Below are positions 48,909 through 61,646 of a stretch of DNA of 64,000 nt, in pieces. Origin of the DNA: Dipteris shenzhenensis. Its lineage: Eukaryota. Where the stretch lies: NCBI GenBank assembly GCA_047967505.1, contig CM106538.1. One strand, given 5' to 3'. Below the pieces are notes generated by a model. The model ran no database searches, had not been told where the DNA came from, and worked only from the letters and a program-made list of their open reading frames with translations. A program made the position numbers and the translations under genes. Position 1 is the stretch's first letter. The number at the start of each line of letters is the position of its first letter.

Positions 48909-49797
48909 GGTGCAAACAATGTACTCAAAAGTGTCCTGAAAAACTCTGTATGAATCAACTGCAAATACACTGAAGATGCCAAGTGAAATCTCTGTACCGT
49001 CGGTGAAGATAGAACTGCAGTATACAAAATCTGATCTGTGTTACAAGGCTTGTGGCAATGATGCCGGGAATAGCCAAGAGGCTTTACAAGGCTGAAAATG
49101 ATGTGCACGATGCCGTGAGATAGCCAAATAGGCTTTACAATGGTGGCATGTGTGTGTGAAAGCAAGTGCTATCTGCCCACTGTATCAATCTGCAATGCCG
49201 CTGAACTCTGAAGTCTGCTCACTGAACTGATGAACGGAAGATTTCAGGTAATGTAATGATGTGAAATCGGATGTGAGCGTATGGACTGACTCCGAGTAGG
49301 TACTAGTCGGGAATTTCGGGCATGGCTTAGATTGGCAACTTGGGGAATTCAAAGCGTCCCCTCTATGGCGATCTAGTCTACTCTGATCTAGATCTAAACC
49401 AACCGTCGATCGATGAAAGAGCAGCAAATAATTCCTTTTCTTTTGTTCTTTTTAAGTGCTGGGTCAGATGCGTCGATGTAGAGGCAAATGTGCGTGAAGG
49501 AAGTGGTTTTGTCGGCGAAGCTCAAATGTGAGTGTAACTTGCGCCGAAATGTGCGCGTGACATAACGAGCGCGTAGAGCACGAAAAATCGAGCGACTTTC
49601 CTTTTTGGAGCACCCTCAAATTCTTCCTAGATCAAGAGATATGACTTGATCTAGGTGGAGGGGCAAAAGGAGTGCAAATGGTGCTCAATGATGATGTGTC
49701 ACTGTGAGTCACATGCAGTGATGATGTGGCACTGTGCTTAGCAAGAGGTGTGCCAGTGAAGCTCTGTGCTGAGGTGGCAGTGCTGAGGTGTCACTGA

Positions 49798-50220
49798 TGA
49801 CGTGGCACTGATGACGTGGCAATGATGACGTGGCACAGATGACGTGGCTGATGACGTGGCAGGTGACGTGGCCTGATGACGTGTCACTGATGACGTGGCA
49901 GTCAATGCTGACGTGGCAGTCGGTGATGACGTGGCAGTCGGTGCTGACGTGGCAGTCGGTGATGACGTGGCAGTCGGTGCTGACGTGGCCTGCTTACGTG
50001 GCGCTGATGACGTGGCTCCAATGGTGACGTGGCAGATAAGGTCTGCCACGTGTCACAATGTAAACCAAGCTCTCTGACCTATGATCAATCTAACTGGGAT
50101 TAACTTACCCTGACCCAGGTTGGAGCTTATCTGCCACGTGTCATATGGATGTGGTTGCCACGTGGAGGATAAGAGCTTGGGAACATGCCACGTGTCGAGT
50201 GGCTATCTGCCACGTGTCGC
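49798..50220. promoter_or_regulatory. Array of ACGT-core bZIP-type motifs (ABRE/hex-like TGACGTGGC and G-box CACGTG) in the Copia leader
   Basis: 14 TGACGTGGC plus 2 variants in 49798-50033. CACGTG at 50047, 50135, 50159, 50189 and 50211. Function is inferred. Confidence 0.6.
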
Positions 50221-50726
50221 TTGGAAGGAGCTCACGGAATCTGCTGAGATGCCGACAGAATCTTGAAGATTCCGTCGTCGGTTTCGTTGGAGAGCGGCCG
50301 TTGATCGCCTTTGTTGTAGGAGCCATCGGTTGCGTGCGCCTTGCGTTACAGGCTTTTGGAAGCCGGTTTTGGAGCTGAGGCGCTTCACCTTCTTGCAACA
50401 AATGCGGTCGATATGTCGTGTCCTGGGATGCTGAATCTTGCCCTTCGACTTCAGCTGCCGTGTTGGACTCTCCCCTATCTAGTCTGTGCCTGTACGAGTA
50501 CGCCTCGTCAAACAAATTGTCCTCCACCGCCCGTCTGACCAGGCCTTCCTCCGAAGAATCTATAATCCTAATGCTAGCCAATTTGCGCCTCCAGAGTTTG
50601 CGCAGACGACATCTCCGCCGGTTCCAAGACCAATTCGGAGCCTTTCCACAAAGCGTGAGATTCTACACATCGGGGGAGATTCCCTGCGACATGGTCCTTG
50701 TGCTGAAGGCATAATCGTTTGCCTGA

Positions 50727-51059
50727 AGATTTGGAAGAGGCGAGGACGAGGTTGGAAAGGGGGCTGGAGAGAAATCAACCCCCGCGTGGAGAAGGGGCTT
50801 GGCAACCAAGAAAGAACGGAGTGCCAAGGCAGCGAACGGCTCCGTGTCGCAGCCTATGGACGTAGATGTCAAGGCCGCTGCAGGAGACAGCGGCAATTCT
50901 GCTCTCGATTTTGCGCTCAGCGGGCTTCTTGATAAGGGAACCAGCGTGAAAGATAAGCCTAAAACAGAGATGAAGCCTCGCCCTCAATTGAAATCTTTTT
51001 GTGAGAACATGGACTCGGACGGATTGCGCAAGTTCATTGCAGAACATAGTAAAGATTTG
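50727..51059 (+). pseudogene. Captured FRIGIDA-like gene fragment, antisense within the Copia leader
   Basis: 50967-51059 encodes EMKPRPQLKSFCENMDSDGLRKFIAEHSKDL, matching the start of the Frigida domain (PxLxxLCExMDxxGLxKFI). The frame is open from 50727. Confidence 0.75.
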
Positions 51060-51335
51060 AACTCTTCTTCTTCTTTCTCTGGACAGATAATGGACTTACA
51101 AAAGCTCTCTCTCACCATGAAATCTCTCTCAAAAACAAAACATAACTGAAATCTCTCAATGGAAATGTCTCTCGAAACTCTCAAGAGAAGAGAATGGACA
51201 GAATTCTCCACTCATTGAACGGAATTTTCTATCACTCTACGGAAGTGAAAGAATGAACACAAACTCTCAATCTCTCAATCAATCAATCACTCTCACTCTC
51301 TCAAGAATCGCAATGTCTCAGCGGAAGACAAGGGA

Positions 51336-51347
51336 GCTCTGATACCA
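51336..51347 (-). other. Primer-binding site (initiator tRNA-Met)
   Basis: TGGTATCAGAGC on the minus strand, abutting the 5' LTR. Confidence 0.95.
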
Positions 51348-51604
51348 TGACAAAATATGAAGAGGGGAGAGGAGAAGAGTGGAGATGAGGAGAGAGGGCA
51401 CAGCTAGAGAGCACACCACAAATGACTAACTGTACACTAGAATTAGTTGAAAAAATAGAATATATACAAACCCTTTTAGGGTTAGGGTTAGGGAAGCTAA
51501 CCCTTTCCTTTATAGCACTCTATAAGGTTAGTGCTATGCACATATGATCACGTGATGGTGCTATGCACACATGATCACATGATGTTGAGCGTGAACTCTC
51601 AACA
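51348..51604 (-). repeat. 5' LTR of the intact Copia
   Basis: Matches 44307-44563 base for base by eye. Confidence 0.97.
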
Positions 51605-53665
51605 AATGGTATATAGTGGTCATATTGCATAACTATTCACTTATAACAAAGGCCGATTTGCATTATCATCATAATATTGGGAATAGTCATTTCCCATGAA
51701 GGGTATGTTCAATTCTTCCTAATAATTAGGTAGCTCTTCTAGCCATACTTGATTCATGGGAATGATTCATTTGGTGGTGGTGGTTGAGGCACTAGTACTA
51801 GAGGGGGTCATGGAATATTTTGAGCCCTAAATTTCCTTTAATTAGCTGATGTGGCTCCTTGGATTGCCAATTGTGTGACTGATTGGGAACATTGGGAGGT
51901 GTGAGCAAGGCAATTTATGGCCTTGTTTGATCCGTTGCTTGGGGAACCATCTTAGGATACCTTTATTGGAAGGTGTCATGATCTCCCTAGTGAATGAAAT
52001 GGGCACAAAAGAGTGATGGCCTAGCCCTAAGGCATGGACACTCATTGTTGGGATGGTTGCCATTGCATACCCAACACCAAACATTATATCTTCATGGAAA
52101 AAAGTGGGGGTTTTATAGGAGCTTCCTTCGACATTCTTGCCTTCCATTGTTGGCTCAGCTAATTTAATATATTAGTGGCTAATTCCTATATGTTCATCTC
52201 TTAGGAGGTCCAACTTTGGCTAATTCCTCTATGTTCATCCCTTTGGTTGTGACACATCAAATGAAGCTAAATATTTCTCTCATTAGGACTTCGCCACATT
52301 ATGGTCACTTAGGTCAATCGTCGTCTTACTAGATGACTCAAATGATCTGGAATTCATTGCGCACAAATGGTCATGAAGCACAGGATCCTAGAACCCTATG
52401 AGGATGGAAACAACCATACATCTACTCCTGGGGTTTTGCATCGAGAGTTCAAATGTTTAATCCTGGTGATTTAATCATGGAGGGATTGCATTTCTTTATT
52501 TGACCTTATAGAGGGGTTCCACTTGGATCCACTAGGGGCAAATCCCACAATAAATGACTTACCTAGTGTATCCAAATTGATTTCTCATCCGAATTCAGTG
52601 CTCTAAACCATGGTCATCAAGGCTTAAGCCAAAATCATTTACTTTTTTTGGATTTAGGATATCACCAAATTTCTCCAAATCTATTCAAAATGCTCTACAT
52701 GGGAGGCTGATGGGTTTAATTTCAGAATGGTTTTCGTCTCTTCCCATAATTATTGGATGAATGACCCCCTTCCTAATACTTGTCCTAAGATCCCCATCGC
52801 CTCATTGGTAACTAAGATTTGTGAAGTTCGAGAAACATGGATGTGTTTATCAAAGCTATGCTTATATAGTATTATGAAATATAGGCGAAAATTTATCTAG
52901 CTTATTTTTTTAGTTTCACAATATTGATAGGGTGTAGTATAATTTTATATATTCTTTTGGAAGTTGAAGTAAAAAATGTAAATCCTAGCGTAAATTTAGA
53001 TTTTTTTGCATAAAGTTTCAAATATTGGTGAATTTCTCAAATGTTTATTTTTATTAGGGCATAAAATTTTTTGAAGCCAATATAAAATTTTAGCTTCTTA
53101 ATGAAACTAACTTGAAAAAATCGTCCATGAAGAGAAACATGAGGATACAGTGACCCTACTTTATATATTGGTGTTCTCGATGGAGGGTTCCATGTATTTA
53201 GTAGCTATACAAATGTAATATGTGAGGATCTTGACCCAATAGGAATTTGAATTGTGACTTGTGGTTGGTGGGGCCTACCATGCTAGGCTAAAGGACTTCT
53301 AGGAAGTGGCATGCTGACCCCATCATTAGAGGCCTATAAGGGGTGATTGTTGGGTATGGCCTACCGTGCTCTATGGCCAATGGAACTTCGGATGTGGGAG
53401 ATCTTATTTTTTTATTCTTTTGGATTACTCCTTCATCCACTATTTCTAGGATTTAAAATTCTTGATAGAGTTTGGGGCCAAATTTAACCCTATACGAATG
53501 GATTTCATCAAAGAATGGATGTGATGGTACTTGATTTCCAATAGATATGATTGGACTTGGTTCCCTGAGTTTTAGGAGGAAAATAAAGAATGGGGAAAAG
53601 AGAGTAATAAAGAGAGAAAGAGGTGAAAAGAGAGGGGGAAAAGAGAGGAAAAGAGAAAAGGAGAA

Positions 53666-54222
53666 TGTTACAGCTATATATAGCTCCCCTAAATCAGCCT
53701 AGTCCTCAACTATGATGAGGAACATGGTGTTACCACTAAGCAACCTCACTTATCCCAAGATCCTCCTTGTGATTATTGTTGCGGCAATCATCCATCCTTT
53801 TGGTATTACGAAGGCATTATGATCACGAACGTAATCAAGCATATGCTACTTAGCATCCTCCTATTGTTGATGCCCATACACATCAAGAGGAAAATCATAT
53901 CTACTGTTTGATATCTCTCTAGAGAGGATACCTCTTGTTCGAGATCGTTCCACTTTTATTGTTGATTCTAGTGCTATTGGTAGGTAATATGACATATCAA
54001 TCTCAATGGTTACATAATTATCATGCTCTTCTTCACAAGAAATTGGTTTATCTTGCTGATGACACTACTTGTCAATGTTAGAGCTATATATAGCTCGCCC
54101 TAACTCAGCCTAGTCCTCAACTATATATATGCCTATGATCTATGAATAAAATCACTTCCTCGAGATCAACTCTTGTGTCCATCTCTCTCCTCTTTCTCTT
54201 CCTCCCAACATGGTATCGGAGC
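53666..54222 (+). mobile_element. Duplicate of the partial LTR + gag fragment + LARD LTR (54076-54210) + PBS
   Basis: Collinear with 17187-17738. PBS variant TGGTATCGGAGC at 54211-54222. Confidence 0.8.
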
Positions 54223-55358
54223 CTCGATATGCTCTAGCATGACTGTGAGAAAAAAGCAACATGATTTTCGTCAATTTGACAAAGCGATCATTCAGCGAAA
54301 ACGTCTTTTCTGATCGTTTCGACCACTTGATTGTTAGGTTTCAAGCTAATATGCAAAAGTTGTAAAAGATGCATTGCCAATCAACCTCTCATCATGATGG
54401 ATGAAAACTCCCACAATGGCTTGTTCAAAGAGTATGCATCGGTTATTTTGACTGGCTAGATTACTATATTCCAATTTTAGGTAAGAAAGTTATGGTTATT
54501 TTTGTTTTACTGCCTGCTGTTAATAAACTGGTAGAAGAGTGCTTGAATAGGAAGATGAACACGCACAATTAGAGAGGACTTGATCTAGGACATGAGGATG
54601 GAAAAGGTTCATACTTTTGTAGAATCAACAATATTTGAAGCAAAAGAAAAAGCAATAAAAAATTTGACTTAATGATAAGAAGCTTCGTGATATGGCATTT
54701 CCCACAACATCAAAGGAATTTGGTTTATCTCTATACCAATACGCAAAGAAAAGCTCCAACACATAGATCTATGTCATAGTGGGTGGTGATCTTGGAATTA
54801 ACCATGGTCGTCTTGCTTAAAACCAATCATGTTTTTTGCAGTAGGTCCGAGTATAGATATTGATAGAGCTCTTTGGCTGAAGGATGTTCTATGAGTCCTG
54901 AGTAGCAAAGCAATTACACAAAGAATCAGCAACCGATGCACTAAATAAGAAGCTGGTGAGTAAAGGATGCACTAAATAAAAACTAGCTTAATAGATGTGA
55001 AGCATCCTTGGCTTTTACTTTTGCAATAGTAGCATGAAGCCACATGTGTTGAAGTGCTAAACTCTTGTTTTCACTGATGACCTAATAGAAAGAAAAAATT
55101 TCTTTCATATGATAGAAAACCTTTTGTCCAAGTGATTTTCCCAATCAACTTTCTCGTCTGTAGAACGTATATAATTATCATGTAAAAGCATGGAGATTTG
55201 GCTACCTTACTCTTAATGACAAGATTGAGACTCTACTTGTCATCGATTAGATAAGATCTTCATCCCTAAATATTGACTATGCTTGCAAAAATGATCCGAC
55301 GCGCTTGGTTTTTGTGGATATGACCGGCGTGCGTTGCGTCTCCTCTTCATCTAAATTT

Positions 55359-58300
55359 TGTTGAGAGAGAAGAAGAAGAGATGATAGACACACCAAATAG
55401 ACTCCCAAAGATTGATTCATATTGATCACTAGTTACATATATATAGGTGAGACCTAGTTCAAGTTAGGACAAGCTATATATAGCTCTAACACCCCCACTC
55501 AAACAAAGGTCTCTAGCTACGGATGAAAAAACCATTGGGGAGCACAAGGGAAAAGCTCGAGATCCTATATACAAGTATACAAGTTGATCATTTGTACAAT
55601 TATTTACAACTATGTAATGCAAATGTGCATTTATATACAAAAGGTCACCCATAGGTGTGTTAATCTTGGAAGAGAGAAGCTGCAAGAACTCCAAGTTCTG
55701 ATCATAGCACTGTCACGAAGCGTGCCTCACTAAGTCCTTTAGTGAGAATATCTGCAATCATCTGAGAAGTGGGAAAATGTTCAATCATTATCATCCCTTT
55801 CTTCACTTCATGTCTGACATAATGGTAATGAACAGCAATATGTTTGGATTTGTTATGCTCTGAACATAGTCTTTAGCCAAACTTATGGCACTTTGATTAT
55901 CACATCTGAGAGGAGTACTGGATGATGGAGGATGACCAATATCTGCAAGCAATTGTCGTAGCCAAACCAATTCTCGAGCTGCTAGAGAAGTCGCTATATA
56001 CTCAAATTCTATGGTAGAAACAACAGCACAACGTTGCTTCTTACTTGCCCAAGAGACCAAGCAACCACTGATAAAGAAGCAATTAATGCTTATAGACTGC
56101 ATAGAGAAGTGAGAGCTTACCAGTCTACATCTGTATATCCCAAAAGATCAAGAAACATCACAGGAGATGATTTTGTATGACGTCGATAAACTAATCCAAA
56201 ATTAGAAGTGCCTTTCAAATACTTGAGAACACATTTTGCTGCAGACCAATGTTGCATTGAGCGAGTAGCTAGATATTGTCCTAGAAAAGTGGCAGTAAAA
56301 AGAATATATGGTCGAGTGTTCAAACCGACAAACTGTAGGCAACCAACAAGATTGGCATAGGGTTGATGTGAAACCTCAACATCATGAGTCAATCGAGTAT
56401 TTTTGACAGAGCTCACAAGACAAGGAGTCGTCGCAAAGTGAGCATTTGTCAAGCCAAACTTTGAACTGCATCTTGAATGAATTTTATTTGTCAAAGTAGC
56501 AGAATTTCCTTGTGACAAAATCACAGAACTTGAATACCAAGACATGAATGAATGTCACCAAGATCAACCACATCAAATGCTGAGGATAAGATTTTCTTGA
56601 CATGTTGCAAGAAATCGAGATTGTTGGAAACAAGTATGGTGTCACCCACATAAAGAGCAAGAATGACAAAAAGAGCACCATCACATTTGGCATATAAGTT
56701 GGGGTCAGAGAAACAAGAGTTGAAACCTTGAGATGTTAGAAATTGATCAATTTTCATGCACGGGAAGCTTGTTTTAGACCATAAGAGCACGATGAAGGTG
56801 AAAAACAAGATGATCCTGACCGGGAAGTATGAACCCTTCCGGTTGCTCCATATAAATCTCCTCTTTAAGATCTCCATTAAGAAAAGTAGTTTTCACATCC
56901 ATTTGATGAATCTCCAAATCAAATTGAGTAGCAAAAGCCAAGAGTACTCGAATACTTAATGTGCTACGAACAATGGGTGAAAAAGTATCATGATAATCAA
57001 CTCTTGCAATTTGTGAGTATCCTTTTGCAACCAGACGAGCTTTAAACTTGTCAAAAGAACCATTAGCTTTAGTTTTGGTTTTATAAACCCACTTATATTT
57101 GATAGGAGTGTGACGAGGAGGTTGTTCAGTAAGAACCCATGTACCTTTAGAGATCAAAGAATCATATTTAGCTTCCATTGACTCTTTTGTGTAGAAGAGA
57201 TAGCTTCTATATAAGTAGTAGGCTCTTCATGAGCAACCATTGCATGCTCAATGATTTCAAAGTCATCAACACAATCATGCATAGAACCATGTTCAAAATC
57301 AATAGGTAGATCAACATAAATATCAACACTATCATCAGAGGCCTGTGTATGTGCAGGATGCAAATCATTGTCAACACATTGCTCTGCAGATGGAGTAGCA
57401 GTGATGCCATCAGATGAACGAGTAATGACATCAGAAGTGGAATCATGATCAAATAAAAAAGGAAAGACAACAAGTAAGGACTCAGTGTCCTCTGCATCCT
57501 CGATAGACCATGTCCCTCCCATTAATTGCTCATTGAATATGGCATCACAATTGATTATCACCTTCTTAGAGGAGGGATCATAGAATTTATAACCTTTAGA
57601 ATTCGGAGAATATCCAATGAATATGACCTTTTTGCTAGGAAGATCTAGCTTTTTTCGTGTCTCTTTTGGTAATGAATATAAGCAATGCAACCAAAAGTTT
57701 GAAAATGTGATATAGAAGGAGTCTCCCCTGTCCAAGCTGTGATTGGTATCTGACTAGAAGGTGCAATTGTAGGAAGATGATTTTGCACAAAGATGGCTGT
57801 CAGAAGTTCTCTTACCCAAAAGCTTTGAGATAATCTAGAATGAAGGAGCATACATCGCATAGCATCAAGAGAAGTGCGATTCTTACACTCTGCATGAGCA
57901 TTGTGTTGAGGAGAGCAATAATCATTAAAAAGATTAGAAATATGTTCTCCACCATTGTCACTATGAAGGGTCTTGATCCAAAAACTAGTATGAAGTTCCG
58001 TAGCAGTTTTATATTGCTTGAATATTGATAAGGCTTCTGACTTATGTCGCAAGAGAAATGCAGTTGTATATCTTGACCAATCATCAACGAAAGTGATAAA
58101 ATACCTGTAGAAAGACTTGGATGGAGGAAAAGGTCCACATATATTAGTGTGAACAAGATCCAATAAAGCATGTAATGAGTTGAAGTAGATGCATGAAAGG
58201 GTTCTCGATGATGCTTGCCAAGAGCACATATTCACAAAGGCCCATGTGAGGACGAGTTGGGAGATTCATACCATCCACAAGATCATCACGATTTATAGCA

Positions 58301-60542
58301 AGTAGCTTGGAAAAATCCAAATGAACAAAACGATGATGCCATAGCTTGCAGTCCAGATCACCAGGGGCTGTAACCACATTAGCAATATCATCATTTAAGG
58401 AAAGTTGAAAGAGGTTACCATTCTAAGGAGCAACTGCTATGGTATGTCCATCTTTTTCAATCCGACACTGTGTGTGGTCAAAGCCAATAAAGAGACCAAG
58501 ATCAACCAGTCATGCAACAAAAAGAAGATTTTTTTGAAGATCTGGAACATGGAGAACACCTCGCAAGACTCTTGTTGAAGAAAAAGTGCCAAGATATAAA
58601 TCACCAACACCCATGACTTGACAAGTAATGTCATCAGTAAGATAAACCAATTTCTTGTGAGGAAGAGCATGATAATTATGTAACCATTAAGATTGATATG
58701 TCATATTACCAGTAGCACGAGAATCAAGAATAAAAGTGGAACCATCTCGAACATGAAGTATCCTTTCTGGAGAGACATCAAAATAGATATGATTTGCCTC
58801 TTGATGCGTATGGGCATCTTAATTGTTGTTGAGTAGCATATGCTTGAGTATGTTCACGACCATAACGTCTCTTGTAACACCGAAAGGATGGATGATTTCT
58901 GCCACAATATTCGCAAGGAGGATTATTGGGTAAGCGGGGTTGCTAAGTGGTAACACCATGTTCCTCATCATATTACCGAGCCCAACAATCAAAGATAACA
59001 TGACCATGCTTATCACAGTAAGAACAATGTTTCTCAGGATATTTGAGATGAGAAGAATTGCCACCTCTATACGGATGACCACCACGTCCATTATAACTAC
59101 CACATCCATATTTGGAGAAAGGACGCTTGCGAGCAACACAAGCTATCTCTGAATCTGCATCATTCATTGTTATCATGACAGATTCATGACTTTATGACGC
59201 TCGCATCGTTGAGCGTACTCAATCGAAGAAATACATGTTTTATGAAAATCAATCTCGTTTTTGTTGGAAAGGATGGTAACAATATTATCATATAATGGAT
59301 CCTGGGCTGTGTCGAGAAGATAGGTCACCAATTGATTTTGTGGAACAGGTGCACCAACAGCAGCAAGTTGATTGACGATATTCTTGAATGAGTCAATATG
59401 AGTTGTCATAGGAGCTCCAACTTTGTACGGAGTGCTCAAAAGATTACGAAGATAAAGAATCTCTGTGACAAATTTCTTCTCAAAAGTAGCAACGAGATAT
59501 TCCCTTATTGCATGAGAAGAAGGAAGGGCAAATACATCCAGCATAAGAGAATCATGTAGAGCAGATAAAATATACCGACGAGCTACTTTATCACGAGAAT
59601 GCCAATCAGCAGAGTCAGATCTCCATTGCTCAAAGAGAGAGCCTTGAGTCACAAGAGCATGATTCGGAGTTGCATCAACAGGTTGAGATGGACAAACGAG
59701 ATCACCAGGAACAGATCGTTGGCCAGAAGGAAAGCCGTTGACAATTATAGACATTGCCATCATACTTCGAGAGAATATGTTTGTCAGAGCTCACGTCAAT
59801 GATCGAGAATACACCAGTTGCTCTAAAAATATAGAACTCAAGATACCCCAAAAATAGGATAGAACATGAGACGGGGGTATACTAGAAATAGCATGCATGC
59901 CAAGAAAGCACTTTGAGCTTGTTAATCACGAAACCACGATATTTTTGGAGAAAAGCAGAACTTGTCGATCAGAAAATAGAGGTGTTTTTGGTGAAAAGCA
60001 CTACAATCATGTCAATCATGAAACCAATACATTTATCATGAAGCCACGTGATTCTTGTCGAAAAGCAGTACGAGTGTGCCGATCACGAAACCAAGAAAAA
60101 AGTAGTCGTCATGAAAACTGACGTAACTTTCTGCTCCAAAGTCCGATTAGGCTGTTTAAGTACTCATAACGAAGAGCACGACGAGAGCTACGTCTACAAA
60201 TCAATCTGCAATCCATTTGCCACTGATAACTTTCTCAAAATTGCACCAGAAAACCTCTAAAAAACCACATCAAGTTAGACATGTCAAAATCGACAAGAGA
60301 AAATAAGCGATGAGATATTGAAAGCACTATGTAATCAAATCAACAACTAATACTTCTTGTCTTTCTTCATTATAGTGCATACAATAGCAACACCTTTGTA
60401 GCTCTGATACCATGTTGAGAGAGAAGAAGAAGAGATGATCTAGACACACCAAATAGATTCCCAAGGACTAATTCATACTGATCACTAGTTACATATATAT
60501 ATGTGAGACCTAGTTCAGGGCGAGCTGTATATAGCTCTAACA
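55359..60542 (-). mobile_element. Full-length but decayed Ty1/copia element with ~130-bp LTRs
   Basis: LTRs 55359-55491 and 60413-60542 (visibly diverged). TSD AATTT. PBS at 60401-60412. Fragments of gag (CSYCDKHGH..DC), integrase (WHHRFVH, SDNGGE), RT and RNase H. Empty sites at about 33673 and 40145. Confidence 0.93.
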
Positions 60543-61421
60543 AATTTTTGTGGAGTCATGTAGGTAAAGAAGTTTTCTTTATGTGATTGATCCTCTTATT
60601 GCTCCATGTGGGAATGTGAAAGCATGATATGCTAGTGTGTTAGATTTAAGGGAACACAAATACTGAGTGCAAGATGCTGTGATCAATTGGTCGAGACTAA
60701 AAGCGGAAGGGAGACGCTGTATCAGGAGGCTTCTTATCATTAAGTCTAATTTTTCATTGATTTTTCTTTTGCTTTAAATATTGTTGATTCTATAAAAGTG
60801 TGAACCTTTTCCATCCTCTCTCATTATGGGTGTTCACCTTCCTGTCTAAACACTCTTCTACCTATTTATTGGCAGCAAGAAGCAAAAGGAAATAACCATA
60901 ACTTTCTTACCCGGTCAAAATACCCGACGCATTATACTCTTTGAACAAGCCATCGAGGGTTGTTTTCATCAATCATGATCACAACACTCATTTGCGATGC
61001 ATCTTTGATAACTTTTTCATATCAACTCAAAACCTAGCGATCAAGTGGTTGAAACAATCAGAAAGCACATTCTGCGAATGATTGCATTGTTAGATTTGAC
61101 GAAGATTACGTTGCTATCTTCTCACAATCAGATTAGTGTCAATTTTGGTTACTATCCTAAAAAGGAGTCTTTGGACTCACTTGCACAACAGAGGGCCTTT
61201 TTGGTTATGGTCTTGCAAGTTTTCTAGGGAGACTAGAGCTTCAAGTAGGATGCCTTACTCATTGATACTACTTTTGATATATATTCTCCATTCTCCACAA
61301 TATAGAGTTACCAACTTGAGTGATGAGGGATGCCCTAAGAGGGGAGATAGCATCAAAAGGTGAGAATAGATTGAGTGATAGGACCATGAGAGGTGGATGC
61401 AGTGAGTAAGTGCGACACAAT

Positions 61422-61646
61422 TTTAGGGGGGTCACTCATAAAGATGTAAGAATAGCATGTGGGGCAAACAAAAGAATTTTTTAAACTCAACTTGTTTTGG
61501 CACATTTTTTACATAAGAAGGGTACCATTAAAAGGGGGTATTCACAGATTGGATACAAAAAGGGTGCTTTTTTTTCTTAATTAAGGGACTCTTCAATTAG
61601 TCCTTGAATGCACATGATACAGAACTTACATAAAGTGAACCCCAAG
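61422..61646. mobile_element. MITE related to 2172-2417
   Basis: TTTAGGGGGGTCACT...AGTGAACCCCAAG with TSD GACACAAT. Internal similarity to the 2172 MITE. Confidence 0.7.

Larger units (their letters stand above)
44307..51604 (-). mobile_element. Intact, very recent Ty1/copia LTR retrotransposon (7298 bp)
   Basis: 257-bp LTRs with no differences seen. TSD AATGG at 44302-44306 and 51605-51609. Empty site at 14498-14502. PBS, PPT and an uninterrupted gag-pol are present. Confidence 0.98.
34917..58047 (+). repeat. Copy B of the large direct segmental duplication
   Basis: Collinear with 9372-21307. Has extra 39079-42944 (deleted from A), a ~0.7-kb tandem duplication at about 36927-38360 and the Copia insertion 44307-51604. 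Confidence 0.9.

Noticed and set aside
49738-50077. ATSAPT/VAVGDD repeat ORFs or an env-like gene
   Set aside because: These are translations of the DNA motif array, with no transmembrane env-like ORF and the wrong position for env.
51336-51347. tRNA gene
   Set aside because: Only the 12-nt primer-binding complement, with no cloverleaf.
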